Origin: Candidatus Solincola quzhuomuensis
GTDB taxonomy: Bacteria > Actinomycetota > Geothermincolia > Geothermincolales > RBG-13-55-18
Assembly (NCBI GenBank): GCA_015711855.1
Contig: JACVJF010000003.1
Span: 1 to 63,780 of the forward strand
DNA length: 63,780 nt
Direction of reading: 5' to 3'
In this document: positions 51,492 through 59,929 of the stretch, in pieces
Numbering within the stretch: position 1 is the first letter of the stretch
How the letters are laid out: each line of letters opens with the position of its first letter
The notes under the pieces: model-generated
Databases searched by the model: none
What the model was told of the DNA's origin: nothing
Seen by the model: the letters and a program-made list of their open reading frames with translations, nothing else
Translations under genes and position numbers: made by a program

Positions 51492-53213
51492 TCACTTCCC
51501 GGCCGGCCTGGCATCGTAAGTGTCCGGGGTCACCCCCAGCCTTTCCAAGTCCTTCTTGATCACCCGGTGGGTCTCCGTTTTGGGAAGTTCTTCCACCACC
51601 CGCCAGTAGCGCGGGATGGCGAACTTGGCCAGCTTGTCGGAGAGGAATTCGGGCAGGGAAGCAGGATCCAGCGTCTTGCCCTCCACCGGGACCAAGGTGG
51701 CCATGATCTCGTCCTCGGCCAACTCGGAGGGGACGGCGTAAACCGCGCATTCCAAGACGTCGGGGTGTTTGAGGATAGCCTGCTCCACCTCGTAGGCGGA
51801 GACGTTCTCCCCTTTGACGCGCATGGATTCCGTATTGCGCCCCAGGAAATAGATGTAGCCTTCCTCGTCCGCATAGACCAGATCCCCAGTATAGAGCCAC
51901 CCGTCCCTCACCTTGTCGCTGGTGGCCTCGGGGTTCTTGTAGTACTCCACCGCGCCCTTGCGTTCCCCCACATAGCAGATGAGCTCGCCGGGAGTACCGG
52001 GGGGCACGTCCTCGCCCCTACCGTCGACGATACGGCACCTGGCGTTCAGGGGCTTGCCCATAGACCCCACGGGGGCGGTCCCGAAGTTGGTGATCACCAC
52101 ACCCCCGCCGTCCACCGCCCCGTAGCCCTCGAAGATCTTGACGCCGAAACGCCTCTCGAAATCCTCCCACATGTCCGCCGGGCAACCGGCGGAGAGGACG
52201 AAGCGCACCCGGTGGTCCCTGTCGGAGGGTTTAGGAGGCTGTTTCATGAGGATGGGCATGACCGCGCCGAGACCGTTGAAGGTGGTGGCGCCGTGCCTGC
52301 GCACTTCCTCCCAGAAGCGGCTGGCGCTGAACCTCACCCCCAGGGCCACCTGCGCCCCGCAGTGCATGGCCGGGGTAACGGTGAGGAAGAGGGCGTTGGC
52401 GTGGAACAGAGGATAGCAAGTGTAGGCCACGTCTTTCCGGCCGGTGAGCAGGCGGCCGATGACGGAGATGGCCTTGACGTTGGTGTTCTTGTAACGGTAG
52501 ACCACGCCCTTGGGAAGTCCCGTAGTCCCCGAGGTGTACATTATCACGCACAGGTCATCCGGGTTATAGGTCACCGCCGGTTGGGAGGGATCGGAGCCCG
52601 GCCCATAGGCTCGGTCGAGGTCCTCCAAACCCTCGGATAAACGGAAATCCGAAGGAGCCCCTTCTCGGTTGACGATGACCTTCCTCACCTTCTCCAAGCG
52701 ATCCGCCACGGCCAGGTAATAGGGGAGTAGATCATGGTCCACTATAACCATGGAGGCGTCGGAATTGTCCAGGACGTAGGCCAGCTGATCCCCCCGCAGG
52801 GCCACGTTCACCGGGACGGCGTACATGCCCAGTTTCTCCAGCCCGAAGAAGACGTCCAGCCAACGAGGGGAGTTCTTCATGACGATGGCCAATCCCACCC
52901 CGGGACCGCCCCCCAGCTGTTGGAGAAAATTGGCAACCCGGTTGGCGTTGAGGTTCGTCTCCCGGTAGGTGAAGACCCGGTCCTGGAAGCGGAGGAAAGG
53001 CCGGTCGCCGTACCTCTCCGCCTTTTCCTCCAGGAGCTCGGCGTGGGACATGTCCCGAGCCAGGGAAAGGCCCCTCGCCTCCCGGATGCTGCGGAGGTTC
53101 TCGCGCAGCGTACCCCGGCGGTATTCGTCGGCCAGGAAGAGCGCCAGGGAGCGGGCCAGACGCCAGGCCAGCCATGCCCGGCGAAGGTACATCCGCCTTT
53201 CCTCGGGAGTCAT
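51492..53213 (-). CDS. AMP-binding acyl-CoA synthetase (CaiC-like)
   Basis: YTSGTTGLPKG, YPLFHANA, EGYG, YTGDL, GENVSAYEVE, LPKTET. Confidence 0.9.
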   Translation of the reverse strand: MTPEERRMYLRRAWLAWRLARSLALFLADEYRRGTLRENLRSIREARGLSLARDMSHAELLEEKAERYGDRPFLRFQDRVFTYRETNLNANRVANFLQQLGGGPGVGLAIVMKNSPRWLDVFFGLEKLGMYAVPVNVALRGDQLAYVLDNSDASMVIVDHDLLPYYLAVADRLEKVRKVIVNREGAPSDFRLSEGLEDLDRAYGPGSDPSQPAVTYNPDDLCVIMYTSGTTGLPKGVVYRYKNTNVKAISVIGRLLTGRKDVAYTCYPLFHANALFLTVTPAMHCGAQVALGVRFSASRFWEEVRRHGATTFNGLGAVMPILMKQPPKPSDRDHRVRFVLSAGCPADMWEDFERRFGVKIFEGYGAVDGGGVVITNFGTAPVGSMGKPLNARCRIVDGRGEDVPPGTPGELICYVGERKGAVEYYKNPEATSDKVRDGWLYTGDLVYADEEGYIYFLGRNTESMRVKGENVSAYEVEQAILKHPDVLECAVYAVPSELAEDEIMATLVPVEGKTLDPASLPEFLSDKLAKFAIPRYWRVVEELPKTETHRVIKKDLERLGVTPDTYDARPAGK

Positions 53214-53247
53214 GCCATCACCCCTTTCCCATTCCTCGAGCGGACGA

Positions 53248-53913
53248 TCAAGAAAACATGGGGGCCATGTACTTGTCCATGAAATGCGGGTCGTTCACCG
53301 CCTCCTCATCCATCTCGGCCATGAGGATGAGGGTGAAATACCCGCCCACGAAGAACCATGCCCCTATCTTGGGGTCGATGGTTTCCCGGAGCTCTCCTCT
53401 TTTTTGCGCCTCCTTGATCACCTCCTCCACCGCCATGCGATTCACGGTGAGGAATCCTTCCAGCTCCCTCAAGAAGTCCTCGTCGTAGCTGTTGTTGAGG
53501 ACGAAAGCCAGGAACTTGCGCATGGTGGGGTTCTCCCGGATGAAATCCAGGTAGCTCTGGCCCACCCTCTTGAGGGACTCGAGGGGCTGGTCCCTGTACT
53601 CACGGTAAACGGCACGATAACGCTGCAGGAGCTGGTCCTCGATATACCGGCAGCAAGCGAGGAAGAGCTCCTTCTTGCTGGGGAAATACTTGTAAATGGT
53701 CCCCTCCGCCACCCCCGCCTCACGGGCCAGCATGGCCGTGGTGGCTTTCTCGTAGTTGGTTCGCGAAAAGACCTTTATGCAGGCCAGGATTATCCGGGTG
53801 CGACGGTCGTCCCTCTCTCCATGACGTGATGGTTTACCACGGTTCCCGACCTCCACCGCTCGGGCCTCTTGCCCTTCAACCGGTGGTTCCCCGCCTCTCC
53901 CAGCCGATGCCAT
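53248..53913 (-). CDS. TetR/AcrR-family regulator (FadR/YsiA-like)
   Basis: ATTAMLAREAGVAEGTIYKYFPSKKELF helix-turn-helix. Confidence 0.92.
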   Translation of the reverse strand: MASAGRGGEPPVEGQEARAVEVGNRGKPSRHGERDDRRTRIILACIKVFSRTNYEKATTAMLAREAGVAEGTIYKYFPSKKELFLACCRYIEDQLLQRYRAVYREYRDQPLESLKRVGQSYLDFIRENPTMRKFLAFVLNNSYDEDFLRELEGFLTVNRMAVEEVIKEAQKRGELRETIDPKIGAWFFVGGYFTLILMAEMDEEAVNDPHFMDKYMAPMFS

Positions 53914-53949
53914 CCTTCACCCGCGGTATTCCGCCGCTGCCCCTTATAA

Positions 53950-53967
53950 TGAGTGAGCACTCACTCA
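53950..53967. promoter_or_regulatory. TetR operator, perfect palindrome TGAGTGAG-CA-CTCACTCA
   Basis: 8-2-8 inverted repeat just downstream of the promoter at 53982-54010. Confidence 0.8.
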
Positions 53968-53981
53968 CAACCGACCTTAAC

Positions 53982-54010
53982 TTTATAATCCAAAACCCCC
54001 AGACTGTCAA
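53982..54010 (-). promoter_or_regulatory. Promoter TTGACA-N17-TATAAA for the tetR-led operon
   Basis: Near-consensus hexamers with 17-nt spacer. Confidence 0.75.
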
Positions 54011-54351
54011 TCTCCTTGAGGAAGAGGCGTGGAAGCCTCCTCACGGATTCGAGAACTCGGGAAGCCTCGAATCTCCCCCACCGCTTCTCCGCCGGGGGGA
54101 GGAAAGGGAAGGCCGCTAAACTTCGCGCGCCACGTCCCGAACCCGTAAGGAAGCGGCACCTTCACGGTCACAGAGCCGGCTCGTCCTCCCTTGGAGAAGG
54201 AGGTACGGACCGCCCATGGATATAATAGCCTGAAGGACAGGGGAAAAAGCGCTGCCGAGGGCTTCATGCGTAGCGCGGCCTTCATTTGCCTTTCCTTGGA
54301 CAGGCCCGGGAGCATGAACAAAGGATCCGCACGCGGGAAACGGAGGAGGAG

Positions 54352-54909
54352 ATGAACAGGGAAGAGGCGCTGGTCCTACTGCACGAGAACCTACGCGCGG
54401 ATAACCTGCGCAAGCACTGCTACGCCACCGAGGCGGTGATGCGCCGGCTGGCCTTGGCCAGAGGGGAGGACGAGGAGCTTTGGGGATTGGCCGGACTGCT
54501 GCACGACATAGACCTGGAAAAATGCGGTAATGATATGACCGTGCACGGCGAGCTGGCCGCGATACTTCTGGCGGAAAAGGGCGCCGACCCGGAGATGGTG
54601 CAGGCGGTGCGTATGCACAACGCCGAGGGCCTAGGGCTGGGAGAGCGGACCACGGTCTTCCAACACGCCTTGGCCGCGGCGGAGACGGTGACCGGGCTCA
54701 TAGTGGCCGCCGCCCTGGTCCTGCCGAGCAAAAAGCTCTCCGAGGTCAAAGTGAGATCCCTACGCAAGCGGATGAAGGAAAAGGCCTTCGCCCGGGGAGC
54801 CCGTCGGGAAGTGATCATGGAGTGCGAGCAAGCCGGGTTCGAGCTGGACGAGTTCCTGTCCTTGGCCCTGGAAGCGATGCAGGGTATATCCGACCGGCTC
54901 GGATTGTGA
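54352..54909 (+). CDS. HD/HDIG-domain metal-dependent phosphohydrolase
   Basis: KHC, GLLHDID, HG..HN motifs; GGAGGAG RBS. Confidence 0.85.
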   Translation: MNREEALVLLHENLRADNLRKHCYATEAVMRRLALARGEDEELWGLAGLLHDIDLEKCGNDMTVHGELAAILLAEKGADPEMVQAVRMHNAEGLGLGERTTVFQHALAAAETVTGLIVAAALVLPSKKLSEVKVRSLRKRMKEKAFARGARREVIMECEQAGFELDEFLSLALEAMQGISDRLGL

Positions 54910-55073
54910 AGCGTGGAGCCAAGCCCCCCGAACTTTCTCGCATGAAGTGGAGGGTAACGAGGGCGGCCTTTCTCGGCGGACATCCGACAACAGACTCTGA
55001 GGGTTACCGGGCAGCCGGCTCGAGAACGACCTTTCCTCGAGGAGACCGGCGACCGCATGGAGGCCAAAAGCGC

Positions 55074-55559
55074 TTAGGGCTCGCCTCTTTCCAGCAGGAC
55101 CACGGCCACGGCGGCTATGCCCTCACCCCTCCCGGTGAATCCCATCCCCTCCGTGGTCGTGGCCTTGATGCCTATCTTGTCCGGGGTGAGGCGAAGGATG
55201 GGTGAGAGTCGGGTCCTCATCTCCGGTATGTGGGGTGCGATGCGGGGTTCCTGGGCCACGATCACGCAGTCCGTGTTGACCAACCGGTACCCGCGCTCCG
55301 CGAGGATGCCCATGACTTCCTCCAGGAGAACCAGGCTGGAAATACCCTGGTAAGTGGGGTCGGTGTCCGGGAACTTGAAGCCTATGTCCCTCTCCCCGCA
55401 GGCGCCGAGTAGGGCGTCCATGATGGCATGCACCAGCACGTCCGCGTCGGAGTGACCGGCCAGGCCCCGAGCATGAGGGAGCTCGACCCCCCCGAGGACC
55501 AACCTCCTCCCCTCCTCGAAAGCGTGAGCGTCAAATCCCAGGCCCACCCGGTGCGGCAA
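55074..55559 (-). CDS. ispF: 2-C-methyl-D-erythritol 2,4-cyclodiphosphate synthase
   Basis: GLGFDAH, GHSDADVLVHA, KATTTEGMGFTGRGEG. Confidence 0.97.
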   Translation of the reverse strand: MPHRVGLGFDAHAFEEGRRLVLGGVELPHARGLAGHSDADVLVHAIMDALLGACGERDIGFKFPDTDPTYQGISSLVLLEEVMGILAERGYRLVNTDCVIVAQEPRIAPHIPEMRTRLSPILRLTPDKIGIKATTTEGMGFTGRGEGIAAVAVVLLERGEP

Positions 55560-56262
55560 CCCTCAGCCCCCCTTTTTCCAGTAGCGCCTCGGCCAGGATA
55601 AGATCGGTGGAATAGGTGATCTTGATGTTGGTGATCTCTCCCTCCACCACGCGAACCCGGTAACGGTATCGTTCCAGCAGGGCGGCGTCGTCAGTGGCCC
55701 ATACCCCCTCCCGGAAAGCCTTTTCGTGCACGTCGAGGAGGGCGAAGGCCCGGAAGCACTGGGGAGTCTGCACAGACCACAGGCGCCTCCTTTCCGGCGT
55801 TCTCACCACCCAACCACCCTCCACTTCCTTGATGGTCTCGACCGCCGGAACGGCGGTGATCACCCCCTCGCATTCCGCGTCGCGGACGGCCTTCAAGGTC
55901 CGACGGAAAAGCTCGGGGGTGGCCAGGGGACGGGCGCCGTCGTGCACCAGGATCAGCTCCGGGTCGCCGCGGAGCGAACGGAGGGCTTTGAACACCGACT
56001 CCTGGCGGTATTCGCCGCCGGGCACCACGGCGACGACCTTGTTCATCCCGTAGGCGGAGACTATCTCCTTCTCCGCCCGAACGATCTCGTCGGGGTTGAC
56101 CACCAAGATTATCTCCCCTATATCCTCCACGGCCTCCAGGTTCAGCAAGGAGCGGGCCAGTACCGGGATACCGGCCAAAAGGCGGAATTGTTTTCCCTCC
56201 GGCAGTCCGACCCTCTCCCCGCGGCCCGCGCCGGCAACGATGGCGGAAACGGATACTTTCAA
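55531..56262 (-). CDS. ispD: 2-C-methyl-D-erythritol 4-phosphate cytidylyltransferase
   Basis: AGAGRGER, RQESV, VHDGARP, QTPQ, TDDA, NIKIT. Confidence 0.97.
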   Translation of the reverse strand: MKVSVSAIVAGAGRGERVGLPEGKQFRLLAGIPVLARSLLNLEAVEDIGEIILVVNPDEIVRAEKEIVSAYGMNKVVAVVPGGEYRQESVFKALRSLRGDPELILVHDGARPLATPELFRRTLKAVRDAECEGVITAVPAVETIKEVEGGWVVRTPERRRLWSVQTPQCFRAFALLDVHEKAFREGVWATDDAALLERYRYRVRVVEGEITNIKITYSTDLILAEALLEKGGLRVAAPGGPGI

Positions 56263-57326
56263 CTCCTCCCCTCCCTGACGGTTGCGAATATCATCCTCCC
56301 CGCCGGTGTCTGCAATGTACTGGTAACCGTGGTGTGCACTTCCTTGCCGATGAATTTCTTACCCCCCTCCACCACCACCATGGTACCGTCGTCCAGGTAG
56401 CCGACTCCCTGCCCCGGTTCCTTGCCCTCGCGTATGAGGGCGACGGTGAGGGACTCGCCCGGAAGCACCACCGGTTTCAGGGAATTGGCCAGTTCATTGA
56501 CGTTCAAAACCCTGACCCCCTGTAGCTCGGCGATCTTGTTGAGATTGAAATCGGTGGTCAGGACGGCGGCGTTTTGCGCCTTGGCTAGGGCCACCAGCTT
56601 GGAATCCACCCCGGCCAGTTCGGGAAAATCCTGCTCCTCGATGCGCACTTCCACCCTCTCCTGCCTTTGCAGGGCATTGAGGATTTCCAGCCCCCGTCGG
56701 CCCCGGTTGCGCTTCAGGGGATCGTCGGAATCGGCGATGGCCTGCAGTTCCCGCAGGACGAAGCGAGGCACCACCAATTCGCCCTCCAGGAAACCCGTTA
56801 AGCAGATATCGGCGATCCTCCCGTCAACTATCACACTGGTATCAAGTATGCGGACCTGCCCGGGTCTCTCCTTGGTTTCCCTGGGTAAGGAAACCTTGCT
56901 CGGCCGGAAGAACCCGAGCAGGTCGTCCTTTTTCTGGACGGCGACAATATAACCTATCACGCCGCACACGGCGTAGAGGATGAGCGCGAAAATCCATCCG
57001 GGATAGGATCTGAAGAGGATCATGGAGGGCAGAAAAGCTATGAGAAACCCGGCGATGATCCCCAGGGTGCCCATAAGCAGGTCCGTGCCGGGGATGTCCT
57101 GGATGGCCACCTCGAAGCGGTTAAGCAACTTGGCCGTATATCTCCCAGCGGCTCCTCCGATGACGAAACCCAGCCCCACACAGACGATAAAGGAAACTAT
57201 GAAGCCTATGATGGAATAAGTTGGGTCCAGGTTCTGCAGATAAGAGTGCCGCATCAGGTCCCCGAGCTCGTAGCCCCCTATCCCTCCGACGAACATGAAT
57301 ATAAGTCGGACGATCAGGACTACCAT
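56259..57326 (-). CDS. yacL: Membrane PIN/TRAM-domain protein
   Basis: N-terminal TMs, ILDTSVIVDGRI, RGRRGL, TTDFNLNK, GYLDDGTMVVVE. Confidence 0.9.
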   Translation of the reverse strand: MVVLIVRLIFMFVGGIGGYELGDLMRHSYLQNLDPTYSIIGFIVSFIVCVGLGFVIGGAAGRYTAKLLNRFEVAIQDIPGTDLLMGTLGIIAGFLIAFLPSMILFRSYPGWIFALILYAVCGVIGYIVAVQKKDDLLGFFRPSKVSLPRETKERPGQVRILDTSVIVDGRIADICLTGFLEGELVVPRFVLRELQAIADSDDPLKRNRGRRGLEILNALQRQERVEVRIEEQDFPELAGVDSKLVALAKAQNAAVLTTDFNLNKIAELQGVRVLNVNELANSLKPVVLPGESLTVALIREGKEPGQGVGYLDDGTMVVVEGGKKFIGKEVHTTVTSTLQTPAGRMIFATVREGRS

Positions 57327-57482
57327 TAATCCCGTCTACACCCTTCCGGGCTAGGCAACCCTCCTTTCCTTCCTGCGGTCGAGCGACGTCTCGATTTTCC
57401 CTTCCCCGCCGAACGATGAAGATGATTGTAGGGCGGGAATCGGATTATGATGAGAACAACATATATGACACCCAAGAAGAGG

Positions 57483-57968
57483 TCAAGAAGGCGAGGTGAA
57501 TACGTCCTGTATCATACGCAGGGCTTCGTCCACCTCCACCTCCACCGCATACATCAGCTCGCTGGCCAATATCTCCCTCGCCTGGTTGAGCATGCGCTTT
57601 TCCCCGGACGAAAGCCCCTTCTCCATGTCCCTTACGGTCAGGTTGCGCACCACTTCGGCTACCTGGAAGATATCGCCACTGCGGAGCTTATCCCTGTTCT
57701 TCTTATAGCGGTGGTTCCAATTGCTGGGCATGGGGGTGCACTCCGCGCTGAGCACCTCAAAGACCTTGTTGACATCTTCCTTGCTTATAACCCGGCGCAG
57801 ACCCACCTCCTCGGTGTTGTCCGCCGGGACCATCACCTTGAGGTTCCCCTGGCACATGCGGAGAACGAAATAGGTCTTCGTCTCGCCCTCTATCTCCGTC
57901 TCCGATATGCTTTCTATGACCCCCGCCCCGTGCTGAGGATAGACAACCACATCTCCGACACGAAACAT
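57483..57968 (-). CDS. carD: CarD-family RNA polymerase-binding factor
   Basis: FRVGDVVVYPQHGAG, NWNHRY, LSSGEKRML. Confidence 0.95.
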   Translation of the reverse strand: MFRVGDVVVYPQHGAGVIESISETEIEGETKTYFVLRMCQGNLKVMVPADNTEEVGLRRVISKEDVNKVFEVLSAECTPMPSNWNHRYKKNRDKLRSGDIFQVAEVVRNLTVRDMEKGLSSGEKRMLNQAREILASELMYAVEVEVDEALRMIQDVFTSPS

Positions 57969-58142
57969 CCTCCTCACCCCTCCAGACTTTCAGGCTACCA
58001 GCCGTTTTCCAGCGCGGACAACCTCGTGGAAACGGGTGGTTCTTGTGAGGTCTGGACTCATAAATTCATGACTTTCCCTAACATGCGCTGCATCTATAAG
58101 TACAACCTGTGTCCCGCCTAAAACGTTTATCCATACGAGCGC

Positions 58143-58538
58143 TCAGGTAAGGCTGAAAACGCCGAGTGTCCGGATGCGATCGTTCTCCCTTTCCAGAACG
58201 CTCTTGAAATCGAGGTCCAGCAGGCAACATATAGCCGCCAAGTAAAAGAGCGCGTTTCCCAGCTCCGTCTCGATTACATCCGCACAATTAGGGCATAGCT
58301 TCCCTTCTATGTGGCTCTTCACGTAATTGGCTACCTGGGAAAAACTGACGTCAGCGGGAAGCTCCTGCTTGCTGGCTTCTATGCGCAGACATCCGCAGCT
58401 GGTCACCGTTTTTGCCAACGCCCGATTTACTCTGGTTGCGGCATCCTGCAACTTGGTCATGACATCAAGGATGCTTCGATTGCGTACCAGATACTCCGAA
58501 ACCGTCTTCTGGAACTCCGCGCAATCCGCTTCCCTCAT
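58143..58538 (-). CDS. Conserved hypothetical helical protein (MazG-like tail, CGC and CxxC)
   Basis: RSILDVMTKLQ..RVNRA..TSCGC...LCPNC...ELGNxLFYLAA; GGAGG RBS. Confidence 0.75.
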   Translation of the reverse strand: MREADCAEFQKTVSEYLVRNRSILDVMTKLQDAATRVNRALAKTVTSCGCLRIEASKQELPADVSFSQVANYVKSHIEGKLCPNCADVIETELGNALFYLAAICCLLDLDFKSVLERENDRIRTLGVFSLT

Positions 58539-58566
58539 CTCATGACCTCCGTCATTAATCAAATTA

Positions 58567-58596
58567 ATTATAGACGGGCCTTTTCGCGGGTGTCAA
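58567..58596 (-). promoter_or_regulatory. Promoter TTGACA-N18-TATAAT for the ORF-carD-yacL-ispDF genes
   Basis: Both hexamers are perfect consensus. Confidence 0.75.
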
Positions 58597-58675
58597 ACGA
58601 ATGAGATACCATATATTACCATTCAATTCTTATGGCTTCGCAGCTCGTTACAGAAGACGCTCCTCGGGGTGGATG

Positions 58676-59821
58676 CTAGATGTATCTTTCCACCAGACTG
58701 GTTTCCGCGATGCGACGCAATCCTTCTTTGATGGCCCGGGCACGCGCCCTGCCCACTCCCTCCACTCCTTCCAGCATCTTCTCCGAGGCCTGCATGACGG
58801 CCTGGATGTCCCCGAAGCTTTTGACCAGCTTTTCCACCACCGAACTCGGAAGATGCGGGATGCGCTCCAAGATGCGGTAACCCCTTGGCCTGAGCGGCCT
58901 GTCCAGTTCGTCATGAACGCCGGAATATCCAAGGGCTTGCGCCACGTTGGTCAGCTGCAGGAGCTCCTCGTCGCTCAAGCGGGCCAGGCTACGCTCCACC
59001 GCCTCCACGGTCTTGCCCCTCTCTTCCAGGCGGTAGTCCCGGACGACGTTTCTCTTCTCTCTCTCCACCCCGGTCATCAACTCCTCGAGCTGCAGCTCGA
59101 TCAACCTTCCCTCTCTCCCCAGCTCCGCCAGATAGACCCGGATCTCGTCGGCTATCCTCTGCATCATCTCCGCCCTCTGCAGGACGCTTACCACGTCCTG
59201 GAGACTCACCAAATCCTCGAATTCCAGGGCGCTTAAAGTCGCTGAAACCTGGTCCAGGCGGGATTTGTATTTCTCCAGGGTCTGCAGGGCCTGATTGGCC
59301 TTGCTTATCAGGACACGGACGGGAAGGACGACGTGGCTCCAATCGCCCTTATACATGGTGACTCTTTCCATACGCTCGGAAACGGCGATGACCAGCTTGT
59401 CCGTCTGGCGGGCAACCCGCTCCGCGGTACGGTGGCGGGTGCCGCTCTCCGAGGTCGGGATGGAAGGGTCCGGGACGAGATGCACGTTGGCGAACCGGAT
59501 GCGGGAAAGATGCTCGTCCAGGATCACCGCTCCGTCCATCTTAACTACTTGGTATAAATTGGCAGCATTGAATTCCCAATCCAACTGCACGCCGCCGTTT
59601 ATCACCTCCTGTACGCCCTGGTCGTCACCCACCACGATCAGAGCTCCGAGATGTGAGGCGATGATGCGCCCCAAACCCTCGCGCAGCTCGGTGCCCGGGG
59701 CGATCAGCCTCAGGAGGTGAAGGTGTTCGCGGTCTTTCTTATAGCCTTCCATTTTCTCGCTTCCGGCTGGTGGTGGTCCTCTCGCTTCCTCCGCGTACGT
59801 GCTCAACCCCTTTTCTTTCAT
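58676..59821 (-). CDS. disA: DNA integrity scanning diadenylate cyclase
   Basis: APGTxLREGL, KMDGAV, GTRHRTAER, C-terminal HhH; ATG 59752 is an alternative start. Confidence 0.95.
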   Translation of the reverse strand: MKEKGLSTYAEEARGPPPAGSEKMEGYKKDREHLHLLRLIAPGTELREGLGRIIASHLGALIVVGDDQGVQEVINGGVQLDWEFNAANLYQVVKMDGAVILDEHLSRIRFANVHLVPDPSIPTSESGTRHRTAERVARQTDKLVIAVSERMERVTMYKGDWSHVVLPVRVLISKANQALQTLEKYKSRLDQVSATLSALEFEDLVSLQDVVSVLQRAEMMQRIADEIRVYLAELGREGRLIELQLEELMTGVEREKRNVVRDYRLEERGKTVEAVERSLARLSDEELLQLTNVAQALGYSGVHDELDRPLRPRGYRILERIPHLPSSVVEKLVKSFGDIQAVMQASEKMLEGVEGVGRARARAIKEGLRRIAETSLVERYI

Positions 59822-59929
59822 CCGCGGGGAACCCGGCAGAGCACCTCGCGGGCAACATGCGGATTCAAGCTCTTTATATCACACGAAAGACAAGGCTGAA
59901 AAATGTGGCACGTCCCTCCGGGGAGGTTT

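Noticed and set aside
50200-51900. 566-aa fused ORF in the track
   Set aside because: The first 153 codons overlap the ligase gene in another frame; the thiolase starts at 51441 with AGGAGG
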